This document shows, in pieces, positions 34,837 through 47,765 of a DNA stretch of 64,000 bases. Position 1 is the stretch's first letter, and the number at the start of each line of letters is the position of its first letter. The notes under the pieces were generated by a model that saw only the letters and a program-made list of their open reading frames with translations, had not been told where the DNA came from and ran no database searches. The stretch spans positions 248,001 to 312,000 of the IMG/VR virus record IMGVR_UViG_3300036766_002289. One strand, 5' to 3'. Made by a program: the position numbers and the translations under genes.

Positions 34837-35829
34837 GCGAACCTTATTTAGGCATTACTGTTGACTTGCACCTTTTTGGACGATATGTTTCTATTGCTAG
34901 TCCAAATATTTGATCCCTAATCAAGCTTATGACACAGAAGGTATGTGGGACGATGACTTACCTTAGTTGTACCATTGAAACCATGAATACTTGCACTGGT
35001 AGTGGAACTCTTGGCTACGTCTCAGACTACAATAAGCTGTTCAAGTCAGCAAAGTGTCCAGTCTGTGGCACCAAGGTTAAAGTGTCGTTCCCTGATAAGA
35101 TGCACGAAAATCGTGCTAAGTTTAGCAGGCATAAAAATGAACCAAATTCGCATTCTTAAACGCTGTCCTATTTGCCGCGCTGTTAGAGTCGAAGGCTCTG
35201 GCGGTTGGTCTACTGACTATGTTTGCGGCACCCGCCGTGGCAATGTCAGTGAAGAAATCCACTGGCAAGGGAAACTCTGCTTCGACCGAAAAGAAAAGTC
35301 TGAAGATAGAAAGGCTAAGAAAGCGGAGAAAACTAATGCAATATAACGCACCCAATGTCCCTAATGGCTATTACACATACCATCTTCCTCATTGGGAAAA
35401 TAAGGAACTCGCTAGAGTTTTTGAAGTTGATGGGGAACGATTCGTAGATTTCATTAATATGGACTCCCCACGAAGACTTAACAGTTTCCCCGCTAATGGG
35501 ATTTTTGAATCTTCGGAACCGACCGATAATCTTAATCTGTCCCCAGAAGAAATTAAGGGCCGTGTTCAAGAATTAACCAAACACATTAAGGAATTAACCA
35601 AACACATTAAGGAATTGTTAGGCGGTCTTAGAAATCTTACTGGCATCCGTTGTACTTGCGACGAAAAGACTCTATGCGTATCTGTCCCAGATAAGCTAAA
35701 TGTTAGCTTGCCCACAAAGACACTCGGCAGACGATTCTATTTCCTTCTTGACGTGAAACTAGAATCTATTGAATACACTAATGATGATATCGGTCGCGTA
35801 GAGTAAACCTTAGTTGTACCGAGATAACC

Positions 35830-36291
35830 ATGCACACATATGAAGCATCATCGCTGGCACGTCAACTCATGAACAGTCATGGCCTTGGTCAGTGGATTTT
35901 TTCCTTTGACCGTGCCAAACGCCGCGCTGGTCAATGCCGATATAGGGCTAAAACCATTTCCCTTAGTGAAAACTACGTGCGTCGAAATACGGAAGATGAC
36001 GTGCGTAATACCATTTTGCATGAAATTGCTCATGCCCTTGTTGGTCCAGGCCACGGGCATGGTCACGTCTGGAAACAAATGGCTATCCTGGTCGGTGCAA
36101 AACCCACTCGTTGCTACGGCGAACATATTGATATGCCAAAAGGCCGCTATCATGCCAAGTGCAATGGCTGTAATCTGGAATGGAATTTCCACCGTAGACC
36201 CAGGAAGACTAAGGGTCGTTATTGTCGTAAGTGTGGCCCTGTCATTGGCTTACTACAATGGAGTCCAAATTGTATTTCGATATTCTCGTAA
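35830..36291 (+). CDS. SprT-like zinc metalloprotease
   Basis: AGQC...I.LS...TILHEIAHA...HGHVWK plus CxxC pairs; ATG at motif+10. Confidence 0.9.
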   Translation: MHTYEASSLARQLMNSHGLGQWIFSFDRAKRRAGQCRYRAKTISLSENYVRRNTEDDVRNTILHEIAHALVGPGHGHGHVWKQMAILVGAKPTRCYGEHIDMPKGRYHAKCNGCNLEWNFHRRPRKTKGRYCRKCGPVIGLLQWSPNCISIFS

Positions 36292-38975
36292 CTCATCCAC
36301 GATTTACTAACCAATATATTGAAGTCCTATTAGATGCCCCCGAAGGACTATCTGAGAAAGTCTATCAGGAATTGGCTAGAGAATACCTCTACCGAACCAA
36401 TTACGAAGCATATTGCTTTGTAACCGAAAATCCAAGGAAGAAATCATGAAATGGAAAGTTGAATTAGAAAAGACGTGGCGAAGACAACACGTTTCAGTCG
36501 TGTTTGCTAATGCAAATGATCCCTATGACCGCACTACACTTGAGGTTATTTGTCCTAATGCTAACGACGCCAGCGAGTTACAACTTGCCATGACCTTATG
36601 CAAAGTCCTTAATAAGGCTTGTGCGGAAGGCAAGGCTACACTTAGCTTAGTTGTACCAAAGTAAGGAGAGCTAGTCATGACCATTCGAGAATATCTCAAG
36701 GGCCTTACTGAGAAGTTAAATGGCCTTTACTTTGAAAATGACCTTGATCTTCGCATGACCACTTTTGATGTAGCTACGTTCCAATTAGCAGCTATTGAAT
36801 ACACCGAAAGCTGCAAAGACCAAATAGGAGAATTCAATGGAATCTGAAACTTTTAATTTCACCGTCATCAATCCCGATACCCAACGGGAAACGGTTATCC
36901 ATGTTTATTCTAATCCTAATAGCAAGCGATTTGCTATTAATGGCACCATTATTGATGGCCAGCAATTAGCTGAATTGGGTATGCTTATGTTCGCTCTTGC
37001 TTGCCAGCATGATTCCCCCGACGTTGATTCTTGCGATGCATTGCTGGAAGGCTTTGAAATCCCTGTCCCCGTTCAAGAACTAATTGAGGTGGCTTATGGT
37101 AAAGCTTGATCCCCGCTTCTCCAAGACTGAATTTGCTGTGGAAGGCGATTCTTTCGTCTACCATGCCCTTTGGGGGAAGTATTCAACGGAAACACTGTAT
37201 AAGACCCCAATGAGTGTAGTTCGTTGGGAAGAAGATTGTATGGGAACAGTAACCCAGATTGGCTACCTGGACACTATTGGCGAAGTGGGTGGCCGAATGA
37301 GAGGTCGTCCAATCAATATTAATTTTCGTTGGGCTAAACTCAATGGCCATTCAATTATGTTTTATGATCCCTGTTCCCAATTAGTGGATTATAAGATGGT
37401 TGAAGACTGGCTGGACAAGTATACTAAATTCCGCCGTTGTGATGCCAATAACTTCCATAATGTTTTGGAACTAATCAAGGCATTCCCGAGGTAAAACTAT
37501 GAATGATAGAGGAAATCAGCCAGCCTTCCCAAACACGGAAACCGATATGTTCCAAAAATGGATGTTCCAAAAATGGCAAGGCATAACTTTAAGAGAGTAT
37601 TACGCTGGTTTGGCGTTACAGGGTTTACTCGCTCGTGAATATACCGCTGACGCTGCACAAAAAGCAGTAGAACTTGCAGAAACCTTGTTGGATGAATTGG
37701 AGAAACCATGAAAATTGAAATCAATTTCAAGACTCCTGATGCTGTCTATGATGCAATCGAGCGAAGTTTTTCCAATACATTTCCTTTGCACATGACCCCG
37801 CTCGATAAACGCGCCACAATCGACCATTATAAGAACAAACTGGACAAGTGGATTGAGTATGGCGAAAGCGTCACCCTTGTCTATGACACACTGAGGCCGA
37901 TACCTTAGTTGTACAGTAGGAGCTATGTCAATGATCTTTGAAATGGTCGTCTACTGCGGAGCATTGAAAGTCTTCCGCATCCTGAATAGCACATCCCGAA
38001 GAATTGAAGTATCGGCGTCCACCGAGTTTTAACTTTGATCCTAGTGGTGATGCAGGCAGTGCAAAACACTTGCGACGTAAGGCTAAGGCTAAGAGAATTA
38101 AGCAGCGGAATCCCCGAAATAGGATTAAGAACAATGGCGAAGAAGAAACTAACTCCAGCACAGGAACGTAAACAAATACAAGATTACATTATGTTCTTGG
38201 AAAAGCGCCTCGCATCCAAGAATTATAAGGCTAACGTCTCAACCGAAGAATATCAGAAGACAAAAGAAAAATTGGACAAAGCTCGTTTTCGTCTTAAAAT
38301 CTTGAAATAAGATTGACCAATCGTATTATTAAAGCTTTGATTATCGTCGCTTTTCCGATATGATTGGGGGAGAACTAAAATGAAGAAACAAGGTTTATCT
38401 CAACTGATCGAAGCCCTGCAAATCTTCCTCAAGTATGGAGATATTGCATATCCTACTCATTGCGAACACGATGAAATGACCGTCTGCGTTGACCCCGCTA
38501 AAGTGTCCGATGAAGATAAGAAAAAGCTGGATGAACTTGGATTCTTTGAAAGCGACGAAGATTGCTTCAAATCATTCAAATATGGTTCTGCATAACATGA
38601 AGAAAATAGGCTCTATATTCACCGATGTTGCTGCCATTGTCGTTGCCGACCCATGCAAGATCATGAGTCCCGAAAAATATAAGGAATTCATGAAATTGGT
38701 AGCGGAACGTAATAGAACATTTACTCTCGAAGAATTCAAAATGCTTGCTGAAGCCAAAACTAAAAAAGCCAAGGAAGCGATTAAAAAGAAAATAGTCAAA
38801 GCCCTTCCGCACCCTGGCGGTATCTATAAGATGGAAGATTGCATTATCTTTACCACCCTCGGCCCCGCTGATGGTTGGCTCAACGTTAGTACAAAGAAAG
38901 ACGCCAAGGGTAATCATACAAAAATCATTATTGACCTAAATCCAAAGACGATAGCTTAGTTGTACCAGAATAGCT

Positions 38976-39650
38976 ATGTATAAGATTTTACTAGACGAAC
39001 AGAAGCTTGACGAATTCATCAATTTTCTCCCTGATTTGGAAGAAAATGAAGTGTATTATCTCGCCCTCTTCGCCCGCCACAAATACTCCACCATTATGCC
39101 CAACCTGAAAGACAACCAACTTAATCGCTTTACTTCCAAGAAGGAAGAAATCAAAGAGAAAATCCTACGCCTTGAATGCCCCATCGGTGCCTACAAACGC
39201 GATGGCATCGACATTCCACAAGAAGCCCTTGCAGTCTATATCGCCCCCAATCCCCGTAACCTTATCAAAGCCAATAAGGAACTGTTAGTCGAACTGGCCA
39301 AGTGCTTCGCTGAAGGTAGAGCTAACTTTAACCCACTCTCCCTTGCTCGCACCGCTGTTCATAACGCTACTAATCGTAAAGTATTTGTAGACTTCGACTT
39401 CGATCATATTGAACCTGAAATTCATTTGCCTAAGATTAAGGAAAATCTGCCAGATAATGCATATAGAATCCTTAAGACTAGGGGTGGATTTCATGTTCTA
39501 GTGCTGTTGGCCAATGCGCCTAAAGCTAATTGGTTCAAGGCTATTGCTTCCCTTGAAGGCTGCGATGTTAAAGGTAGCAATACTCTATTCCCCGTGGCTG
39601 GTTGTAGTCAAGGTAATTTCTGCCCTTATTTCAGGAGCCAATATGAATAA
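38976..39650 (+). CDS. putative AEP-fold (primase-like) protein
   Basis: FVDFDFD and KTRGGFHV resemble AEP motifs I and II; ATG at motif+10. Confidence 0.45.
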   Translation: MYKILLDEQKLDEFINFLPDLEENEVYYLALFARHKYSTIMPNLKDNQLNRFTSKKEEIKEKILRLECPIGAYKRDGIDIPQEALAVYIAPNPRNLIKANKELLVELAKCFAEGRANFNPLSLARTAVHNATNRKVFVDFDFDHIEPEIHLPKIKENLPDNAYRILKTRGGFHVLVLLANAPKANWFKAIASLEGCDVKGSNTLFPVAGCSQGNFCPYFRSQYE

Positions 39651-39682
39651 GATTGTTTTTGAATAACCTGTGGGATTAGCAA

Positions 39683-40099
39683 ATGACCATCAAACAAGAA
39701 ATAAAGAAGATAGCCAAGCATTATGGCGTGAAATATAGAATGAGAAATCTCGTATATGCAGGTTCTTATGATTTACGAAATCCTCTCATAGAAATAAACA
39801 AAAAATTAAAAACTAGAAATGACATATTTTCTACTTTGTTCCATGAATTAGGGCATCATTACTGTAAGATGAATGATAAGTTTGTTGTTTTTCACACCGA
39901 CACCACGGATAAACCTAATAAACATATGCGTAAACATATGCGTGATATGATAAAAACAGCCAATCGGGCAGAATTGTATGTTGACAAATGGGGCGAAAAA
40001 GAGTTCTATAAATGGTATCCAAAATTGAAATATATTCAATCATACAGAACGAAAAAAGAGAAACGAGAGTTGAAAAATGGGTTGCTGTGCTTGTTTTGA
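39683..40099 (+). CDS. ImmA/IrrE-like HExxH protein
   Basis: IEIN..L...TLFHELGHH followed by a distal Glu (AE). Confidence 0.55.
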   Translation: MTIKQEIKKIAKHYGVKYRMRNLVYAGSYDLRNPLIEINKKLKTRNDIFSTLFHELGHHYCKMNDKFVVFHTDTTDKPNKHMRKHMRDMIKTANRAELYVDKWGEKEFYKWYPKLKYIQSYRTKKEKRELKNGLLCLF

Positions 40100-43000
40100 A
40101 AACAAGTGGAAACTTAGCTTAGTTGTACCAAAGAAACCATGAACGCATTACTTGAAACTGATAACATCTGGACAGCAATTGGAATCCTTACCAATGCCCA
40201 CGGCATGAAAGTAGGTCAACACCTAGAAACCCTACTTTGTAAGGAAATTCAAGGGCACCGTAAAATGGACCTGGAACTTGTGGCCAAGGATATCCAGAAG
40301 CAAATCAAGAGATGCATTGGAGAATAAATGAAAATTCATTGCCGAAGTAACATCGACCTCCGACAAGAACAATGGCCAGAAATGGTGGAAGCTCGCCCAC
40401 AAGTTGGCGACATTATCGAATCTAAGACCGCTTGGGGTCCAAATAAGATTCACCTTGAATTGGCGGTTGTTGGCGTGAAGTATCGTTGGTTTCCTTATTC
40501 TGGTGGGCCTCTCGGTGAGTGGGGACTTATTGTTGAATTGCATTTGCCCCCGCATACTTTTGAACACTTTACAGCTTTCCAACAATGGTATAAGGATATT
40601 TTGCGATAATGGACACAATCAAAATCGAACTTACAATTAAGAAGTCTGCATGGCTCTCCGAAGATGCCCTAATCAATCGTATCAAAAAGGAACTTGAATG
40701 GGCATTAGCCACTGGTGGTTGTGAACTCGTTGATGCCAAAATTGTACTTCCTTGGCAGTGTAATTCACATAACCCAAACGAAGCCCCATTTCCCGATAGC
40801 CTAGTTGTACCAACAGGATCATGACAAACTTCAAACAATTACTTGAAAAAGTCACCTTCCCTGGCTATACTTTCGAGCTAGGTGAAGAAAATGGCGTCCG
40901 ATTTGTCCGTATTTATTACAATGAACCCGATACCGCAACTGGCATCGACGAAACCCAATATGGCCGCAAATGGTGGCTTGAACCCACTGACTCAGAAATG
41001 GGCTTCCTGCAATCCTGCTTCAAAGCCCTATTAACGTCCCTTGAACACCGCGCCCGTGAATGCTTCAAATACGATGGCTACCCCCTTATGTTCCCCCATA
41101 GGAGTCTGGCAGAAGCCATTGAACAAGCAAAACGTGAAAAATCTATTATTCAAATGCCTAAGATTGGATTCAAATGAACCATAAACATGATTGGGATGCA
41201 TACCGCATCTGCACCCTTCAGGAATTTATTATGAATTCCTGAAGGACAAACGCGAACAAATTGCCCGCTTGTTCGGCGCTGCCCAAATTATGGCCCAAAA
41301 AGGCTGCTGGGAAGCCGTGGCTGAATACTGCGAAACTATCGCTAATATCGCCTTCAACAAAAAGAAAATTGGGAAGAATATGCCCATGAACTAGATTCGC
41401 CCTATCAGTGAGGTTTAATCATGTGCCTTGAAAGCATCCGTGATGAATTTCTAGCGATATCGCATCCTGGCAATGGCATCTATTCCATTTTTGCCTATAA
41501 GATTATCCAGCGTGACCTCCGCTCTATGCATAATCACCATATTTGGGCACCTGGACACTATTTCATCGAACATAAAGCCAAATATCACCCAATTCACCGT
41601 CGAATTTATAATATTGATAAGAGTTTTCATGCCTATCGCTATCTGAAAGATGCTAAGGAATCAATATACAACCTTAAAGAAGAAATTCTAATTAAAATTG
41701 AAATTTCAAGGGATGATATCACTGGAGCAAATCTCACCCAAGTCTCTGCCCGTAAAGTAACTTGGAATGGCGATTATCTCTGCCCCAAAACCAATCGCTG
41801 GAAGAAACTGAAGATCAACTGGTAAACCTTAGTTGTACCAAGAGGAACCTATGAAATACGAATTTGCTAGCCTACGTGGTGATAACTTCATCGCTGAGGG
41901 TAATACCCCAGAAGATGCCTACAAAAACCTTGTCGAACAAGAAAAAGACGAAGGAACCCTCTGGCGTCTATCTGACCCCTATTTGGTCGAACACTGCATC
42001 CGCCGTGGCTGGTCTAGGTTAGGCCAAAACCCAGGCGTAGCTTACCGTGTGGTAAATCCTAACCAATCCGAGATTATTGCTGCCCTAAAAGGCCAATTAG
42101 AATCATTGCTTGAAATTGGCTCAGTAGTCCAAACTGATGATGAAATCCTAGAAAATAACAAACGTCGCCAGAAAGCTAGAGAACTACTCAATGAATTGGA
42201 ATGAAGCTAGAACTAATTCCCTTGATCGAAGAAAATTTGGCCAAGATGTTATTATCGTCAATCTTCACCCTGTTCCTGGCGCACCAGCATTAAATTGTAC
42301 CTATTTTGAAGTAATTGACCGTATCCCACATCTCCAAAGATGCAAGGAAATCGGCCAAAAAGAAGCATTCGATGAACTAATTAAAGAGTATCAAAATGCA
42401 TGACGACCTTGAAAGAGAATTAGAAGATGAACGAATACTCCATTATGCTGCTGCCAACGCACATAAAGTCTTATCTGAAGGCATTAAGAAAGCATTGCAA
42501 CTCGAAAATTGGCCAGATTTCTATAAAATGTATGGGCCTGGCATGTTCGCTGAAGGCGTTGCCCGTTTCCTGAACGAAGAAGTAAATAAACTGAGGAACA
42601 AACCATGATCGACAAAACCCCCACTAATAAACAAGCAATTAACCAACACTGCCATGCAGTCCGCAATGAATCTTCACAAATTCTTGCTTGGATTCCTGAA
42701 GCAATTTACACAAATAATGAGAAAATGCAACAACTCCGCGAAGCCCTTATCGAATGGGATACCTTAGTTGTACCAGAGGAACGATAATGAACCCCAATGA
42801 ATATAAACAGTACATCCAGCAGCGTAATGCAATCGAAGAGGAAATCGTTTCCCTAGCTATTGAATATGCCAAGCTTTTTTCAAAACTTAGCGAAACTGAT
42901 CCTCTCAACCAGTTGAGTTATGATGATGTTAAAATGACTGAGGATTTAATAAGCATTGGCTGGACATACTACGGCTCCTATCAATCCGAAGACAAAGGCG

Positions 43001-43421
43001 TCATTACAGTAGACCCTGAAATTCTCCTCGGCACAAAAGAAAACTGGAAGCCAGCTATCGAAAAGTGCATCAAAGAAGAACAAGAAAAATTAGCCGAAGA
43101 AAAGAAAATCCAAAAAGAGAAAGAAAAACAAGAAGAAATTACCAAAGCAATGGTAATCCTCAAAAAACATAAATTCAAATTTATTGGAGAATAATCATGC
43201 GTTTTGCCGATAACCACTGCACCTATACCGAAGATTATAAGAACCATACCTATACCTTCATCGGTAATTGCGTCGTCACTGGCAAACCCTACTCCGTTAC
43301 CGTCCCCGCTCAGGGCCTGTTCGCCTATCGTCAAGGCGCTCATATCCAAGACGCCTTCCCTAAACTCTCTACAGACGACCGCGAATTCCTTATGTCTGGT
43401 ATCTCCCCAAAAGGCTGGAAT

Positions 43422-43809
43422 CTAACCTTTAATAGCTTCTTGTAATTCAGCTTTACCAGCACGCGAGACTAGTTTAAGTTCCAGGCATTGGTTGTTATAG
43501 AAGCTATAATCATTCCATGCTTTAATCATGGCTTCATTGCGGTTATTGGCTTTAATAAGACCAATAACTTTGCGTTGGGTCATGGATTGATTGTAGTCAT
43601 AGCGGATTACGATATAGTTAATCACTTTTAATGATAAGGACTTCGGGGATATCGAGTCCATCCTCCTTATAATTTGACATATAGGCCCAAACGGGGTGTT
43701 CTTCGCCTACGCAGTCAACGCCTACAACTTTGGTATCTTTTGGGTAATTTTGGAGAAGATTGATTAGGTCTTCGATGGTATTAATCATCATTTTCATCAT
43801 CCTTACCAT
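43422..43809 (-). other. two small minus-strand ORFs (probable local inversion)
   Basis: MMINTIEDLINLL... and MTQRKVIG...; base composition flips relative to the C-rich flanks. Confidence 0.5.
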
Positions 43810-43878
43810 GCAATCCGCCCATGATGCACAAGAAGCCTGTGATCGAGCTTGGTACGACTGGTATTTGGGAGAACAAGC

Positions 43879-44144
43879 ATGATTAACATCACTACGGCTA
43901 TACAGCCTATATCTTCCCCCAAGAATATGAACTTGTTGCTGAAGTCGATAGCGATGATATCGACGAAGCTTTCAGACTCACCAACCATATCAACCACCCT
44001 TGGTGGATGAACGAAGAAGTTAAAGCCATCAAACAAGCCCGCTCTACCTCCGTGGGCGATGTTATCGAAATTGGCGATAAGTCCTTTCTCTGTGCCCCTT
44101 TAGGCTGGACTGAATTGGATAATAACCTTATTAATAGGGATTAA
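43879..44144 (+). pseudogene. YodL-like domain protein, frameshifted just after the start
   Basis: RSTSVGDVI...GW motif is out of frame with the GGAG-preceded ATG 43879. Confidence 0.55.
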
Positions 44145-45289
44145 TAATGGACCCAATTAGCTTAGATGGCCAATTTTCCAAGTGGGCCACACTACACCGC
44201 AAGGAAATGGGCCAAGAATATGAAGAGAAATATGACCTTGCCCGCGCCGCTTTTGAAGCTGGCTATAAATTAGCTGTAAAAGATATTAATTTCTTCGATA
44301 CCTTAGTTGTACCAACCAAACCATGATCTATACTCGTTTTTGGTGTGCAGCTTGGGTCTATGTCACCGACCCCGATGCCGCTTCATTAGGCTGTGGTTCC
44401 AGCGTAGGCGAATATATTGCCGCTGATACATTAATTGGGTAAAGGAGTTCTAAATGGAAATTGTTAGCGTTACCATCGCTGTCCTAGCTAAATGCAATTG
44501 TGGCCAATTCGTCCAGCAGTATTTCAATGAAGATTATAGCCCCGATGAAGCCAGTATCGACACCCTAATCGCTGGCTGTAACCATTGCCGTGCCCGCTTG
44601 ACACCAGTTCAAGCTATGCACAAAATTCTGGGCGATTAACCTTAGTTGTACCATTATCTGCGGAGGAACTCATGATTAGTCGAGAAAATTGCCGCATCGG
44701 TATGAAAGTCTATTTTGGCCGTCCTAATGGTGCGAAAACCCTTGGCGTTATTACCAAACTTAATTCCAAAGCCAAAGTCAAAACCCTTGAAATTCGTGGC
44801 TCTGGTCGTGGCTCCATTATCGGCACTGAATGGGGTGTCCCCTATTCCATGCTAACCCCCGCTGATACCGTTGTGCCGTTGATAACCCCAACACCCCAAA
44901 GCAGTTACGGCGAAGATAAACACATTATGCAAGCTATCCGTGCCCTTTATAATAACCTTAGCCCCGAAAATCTTACCTGCGATGGCGAGATTTCAGGCAA
45001 CGAAGTCGCCCAACGAAGTGCTACCTATCATCGTAAATTAAACGCCCTTTTCACCGCCCTTGGTCGCCATGTCAGCGAAGAAGAAGCATATAGCACCCTA
45101 TAACCACGGAGCAAATTATGATTTTTTTCTATTTCCTATATTGCCTTGTTAGCGGCGGTATTGTCGGTATCCTAATAAGTCGGTTCAGTAACCGACCACT
45201 AATCGCCATCATCCTATGGGTAAGCATCATACTCATCGACGGCTCTTTAGGATTGCTTATACTGCCTAAGTAAGCCCTATAACCGCGCC

Positions 45290-46030
45290 AATTTAACCAA
45301 TTGTGATACGCTTGTGATACTCACACAAAACCCATCACAAACCTGTGACGAAGGAAATTATATGTGGCTCCGAACCAGAACTAAAAGCTATTCAATTTGT
45401 AACTCAGACCTACTCGGCATCCCCGCTAAGTCTGTGAATGAAGCCTATTGCCCTAAATGCAGGGATATCTTTCAACTTAATAAACCCAATAATGTCCATA
45501 AAGACGCCAGCAATGAAGACGTGTATAACTGGGAATATACCCATAGCTGCGGAGCTAGATTGTTGATAATTAACGATTAATTGGTCACAAATCCTGTGAT
45601 GCACACTACTTATAGCCAATTTCTAATGTCGAGCGCAAATAGTGGGAGAAAATGGGACTTAGTGGGGACTTAGTTTGTGATGGGTGGGAATTTGATAGGC
45701 AGGGGTCTAGCCCGTTCTCTATTGTGTCCTATTTCAATTGTAAAATGCATTCTAATTGAATTAGAATGAAATAATTCAAAAAGGCCATCTGGGTCGCTGA
45801 AACGAATTTCGATATAAAAATAGCCACAAACCCAGTTGTTCCCGAAAGGGTTTGTGGCTTCAAATCTCAAGTGGATCAGTTTGACTTGAGACACTCTCAT
45901 CATAACACTTTTTTGACCAATGTAAACCCCAATCTTGTACAACTAAGGTATTTTTGTTAAAACAAATCCATAACCATTATCCATATAGGCTTCACCTTTA
46001 TAGCCTAGTTGTACAATGTTTGTGATGGTT
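45290..46030. other. candidate replication origin / regulatory switch region
   Basis: Mostly non-coding; TGTGA/TCACA repeats; 13-bp and 12-bp inverted repeats; divergent motif pair; C-rich to G-rich switch seen by eye. Confidence 0.45.
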
Positions 46031-46091
46031 AAATCCTACTACTACAAAGGTTGGATGGTTCATTATTACACTCTCGGAGAAGAACAATTTA

Positions 46092-46561
46092 TTGCTTGTC
46101 AAGAGCATCGGGTGTTACGGGCAGCAAGAGATTAAGCAATTGATTTTAGATAGTATTCCTGTTGGGGCCACAAAGATTCGTGTTCATAGCAATGGGGATT
46201 TCTTTTCTGTAAAATACTTCCAAGCATGGATGTTGGTAGCGAAAGAGCATCCTGAAATACTGTTTTATTCTTACACAAAGTCGCTTCCAATCTGGATTAG
46301 ATATAAACATTTGGTGCCTAAGAATTATGTATTGACGGCATCATATGGTGGCAAATGGGATTATCTAATCCGTAAGCATCGTCTTAAATACGCAGAGGTG
46401 GTATTTACACCGAATACCGAGCTTCCTATAGACATGCTTGTGATCCTAAAAACAAAAGATTTGCTTTATTGCTTCATGGCATTCAACCTGCTAATACGGA
46501 AGCTAGTTTAGCTTTGAGTCAATTGCGAAAACAGGGTTTCAAGGGATATTCTAAACCTTAG
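46092..46561 (+). pseudogene. GP88-family protein remnant
   Basis: IRVHSNGDFF...W...FYSYTKS; N-terminus missing; C-terminal FALLLHGIQP shifted out of frame near 46432. Confidence 0.6.
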
Positions 46562-46602
46562 TTGTACCAAATGGCTTGAACGAAATCTAACTGGAGAAAA
46601 AC

Positions 46603-46983
46603 ATGGCGACTTGGACTTGCAGTTGCGAACGGTATTTCCCCGAAACTCAGGAATTGACCAAAAAGGGCGTCAAGAAGAGGATGATGGTGGATGTCCGCAA
46701 GATGAAGATTGAGGGTGATTTCATCGGCACTACCAGCTATGAAGTCAATTACCTCAAGCGTAATGGCGAATTCAAGTTCTATGTCAAGCAGTTAGTCCCG
46801 CCTAAGAAGGAAAAGTGGCCTACCCTAAAACTGAAGGCCGTCATTCTGCTGGACAAGTGGATACGGGAAGTGGCCTATACCCGTGAACAGTTCAAGCAAT
46901 GGTTGGACAAGCGTATTGGGACTGGTGCAGAATCGGCCATTGTCGATTTGATGACGATGCCACCGCAAAACCTTGCTGCATAG
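46603..46983 (+). CDS. hypothetical protein ending -LAA
   Basis: GGAG RBS after a motif copy; terminator follows. Confidence 0.75.
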   Translation: MATWTCSCERYFPETQELTKKGVKKRMMVDVRKMKIEGDFIGTTSYEVNYLKRNGEFKFYVKQLVPPKKEKWPTLKLKAVILLDKWIREVAYTREQFKQWLDKRIGTGAESAIVDLMTMPPQNLAA

Positions 46984-46989
46984 GCAGTT

Positions 46990-47009
46990 AGGGCAATCGC
47001 CCTTTTTTT
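46990..47009 (+). terminator. intrinsic terminator
   Basis: AGGGC-AATC-GCCCT followed by a T-tract. Confidence 0.65.
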
Positions 47010-47034
47010 CTTGTCTAGAAATACTGAAATCAGA

Positions 47035-47062
47035 TTTACAAAACGGAAAGCTAGGCTAGAAT
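47035..47062 (+). promoter_or_regulatory. possible sigma70-type promoter abutting a motif copy
   Basis: TTTACA-16 nt-TAGAAT. Confidence 0.45.
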
Positions 47063-47125
47063 AAGCTTAGTTGTACCTTGAAAATTGCTGCCACGCACAC
47101 TACCATATAACAACGGGGGTGTGAC

Positions 47126-47743
47126 ATGGCAACTAAAGAATGTCTTGGTTGTGGGCCGAAAGAAGAAAATGAATTTGCGGCTGACAAATCGCGTGCAGAT
47201 GGCAAATGTCCATACTGTAAAGCGTGCAGGGCAAAACAAGAAAAAGAAAGACGGAAGGAGCGCGCCGCACTACCTACGCGGATTTGTTATCGGTGTGGGT
47301 TGGAGAAATTAAAGACAGAATTTTCTCCTAAAGAACGGCGTTATAGTAGGTCATTGCTTTGTTTGGACTGCCAGCAATTGGCGGGTGATAAAGCTTATCC
47401 TTTACATTTAGCGGCGTGCAAACGGACTTACGATAAAAGAAAAACAAAGATAAGTCAGCAGAAAAAAGACAAACGAATCGAGTTTAAGTTAGAGTTAATT
47501 CAGTTGGGCGGCGGTAAATGTTTGGATTGCGGGCTAGAATCAAATGAAGAGAATCCGCCAGCTTGTTTTGATTTCCACCATAAAGACCCTAAAGAAAAGA
47601 AATTTTCTGTTGGCAGGGCATTAGGGCACCATGCAAACAAGGATTTGAGTCTCGAAGAAATCAAGAAATGCGATCTTGTGTGTGCGACGTGCCACCGTAG
47701 AAGGCATGTAAACCTTAGTTGTACTAAGGTGGATGAACAATAA
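47126..47743 (+). CDS. HNH homing endonuclease-like protein
   Basis: Zinc-finger repeats; FDFHHKDP...EIKKCDLVCATCHR. Confidence 0.85.
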   Translation: MATKECLGCGPKEENEFAADKSRADGKCPYCKACRAKQEKERRKERAALPTRICYRCGLEKLKTEFSPKERRYSRSLLCLDCQQLAGDKAYPLHLAACKRTYDKRKTKISQQKKDKRIEFKLELIQLGGGKCLDCGLESNEENPPACFDFHHKDPKEKKFSVGRALGHHANKDLSLEEIKKCDLVCATCHRRRHVNLSCTKVDEQ

Positions 47744-47765
47744 CACTTTTTTCAAGGAGTTAGAC

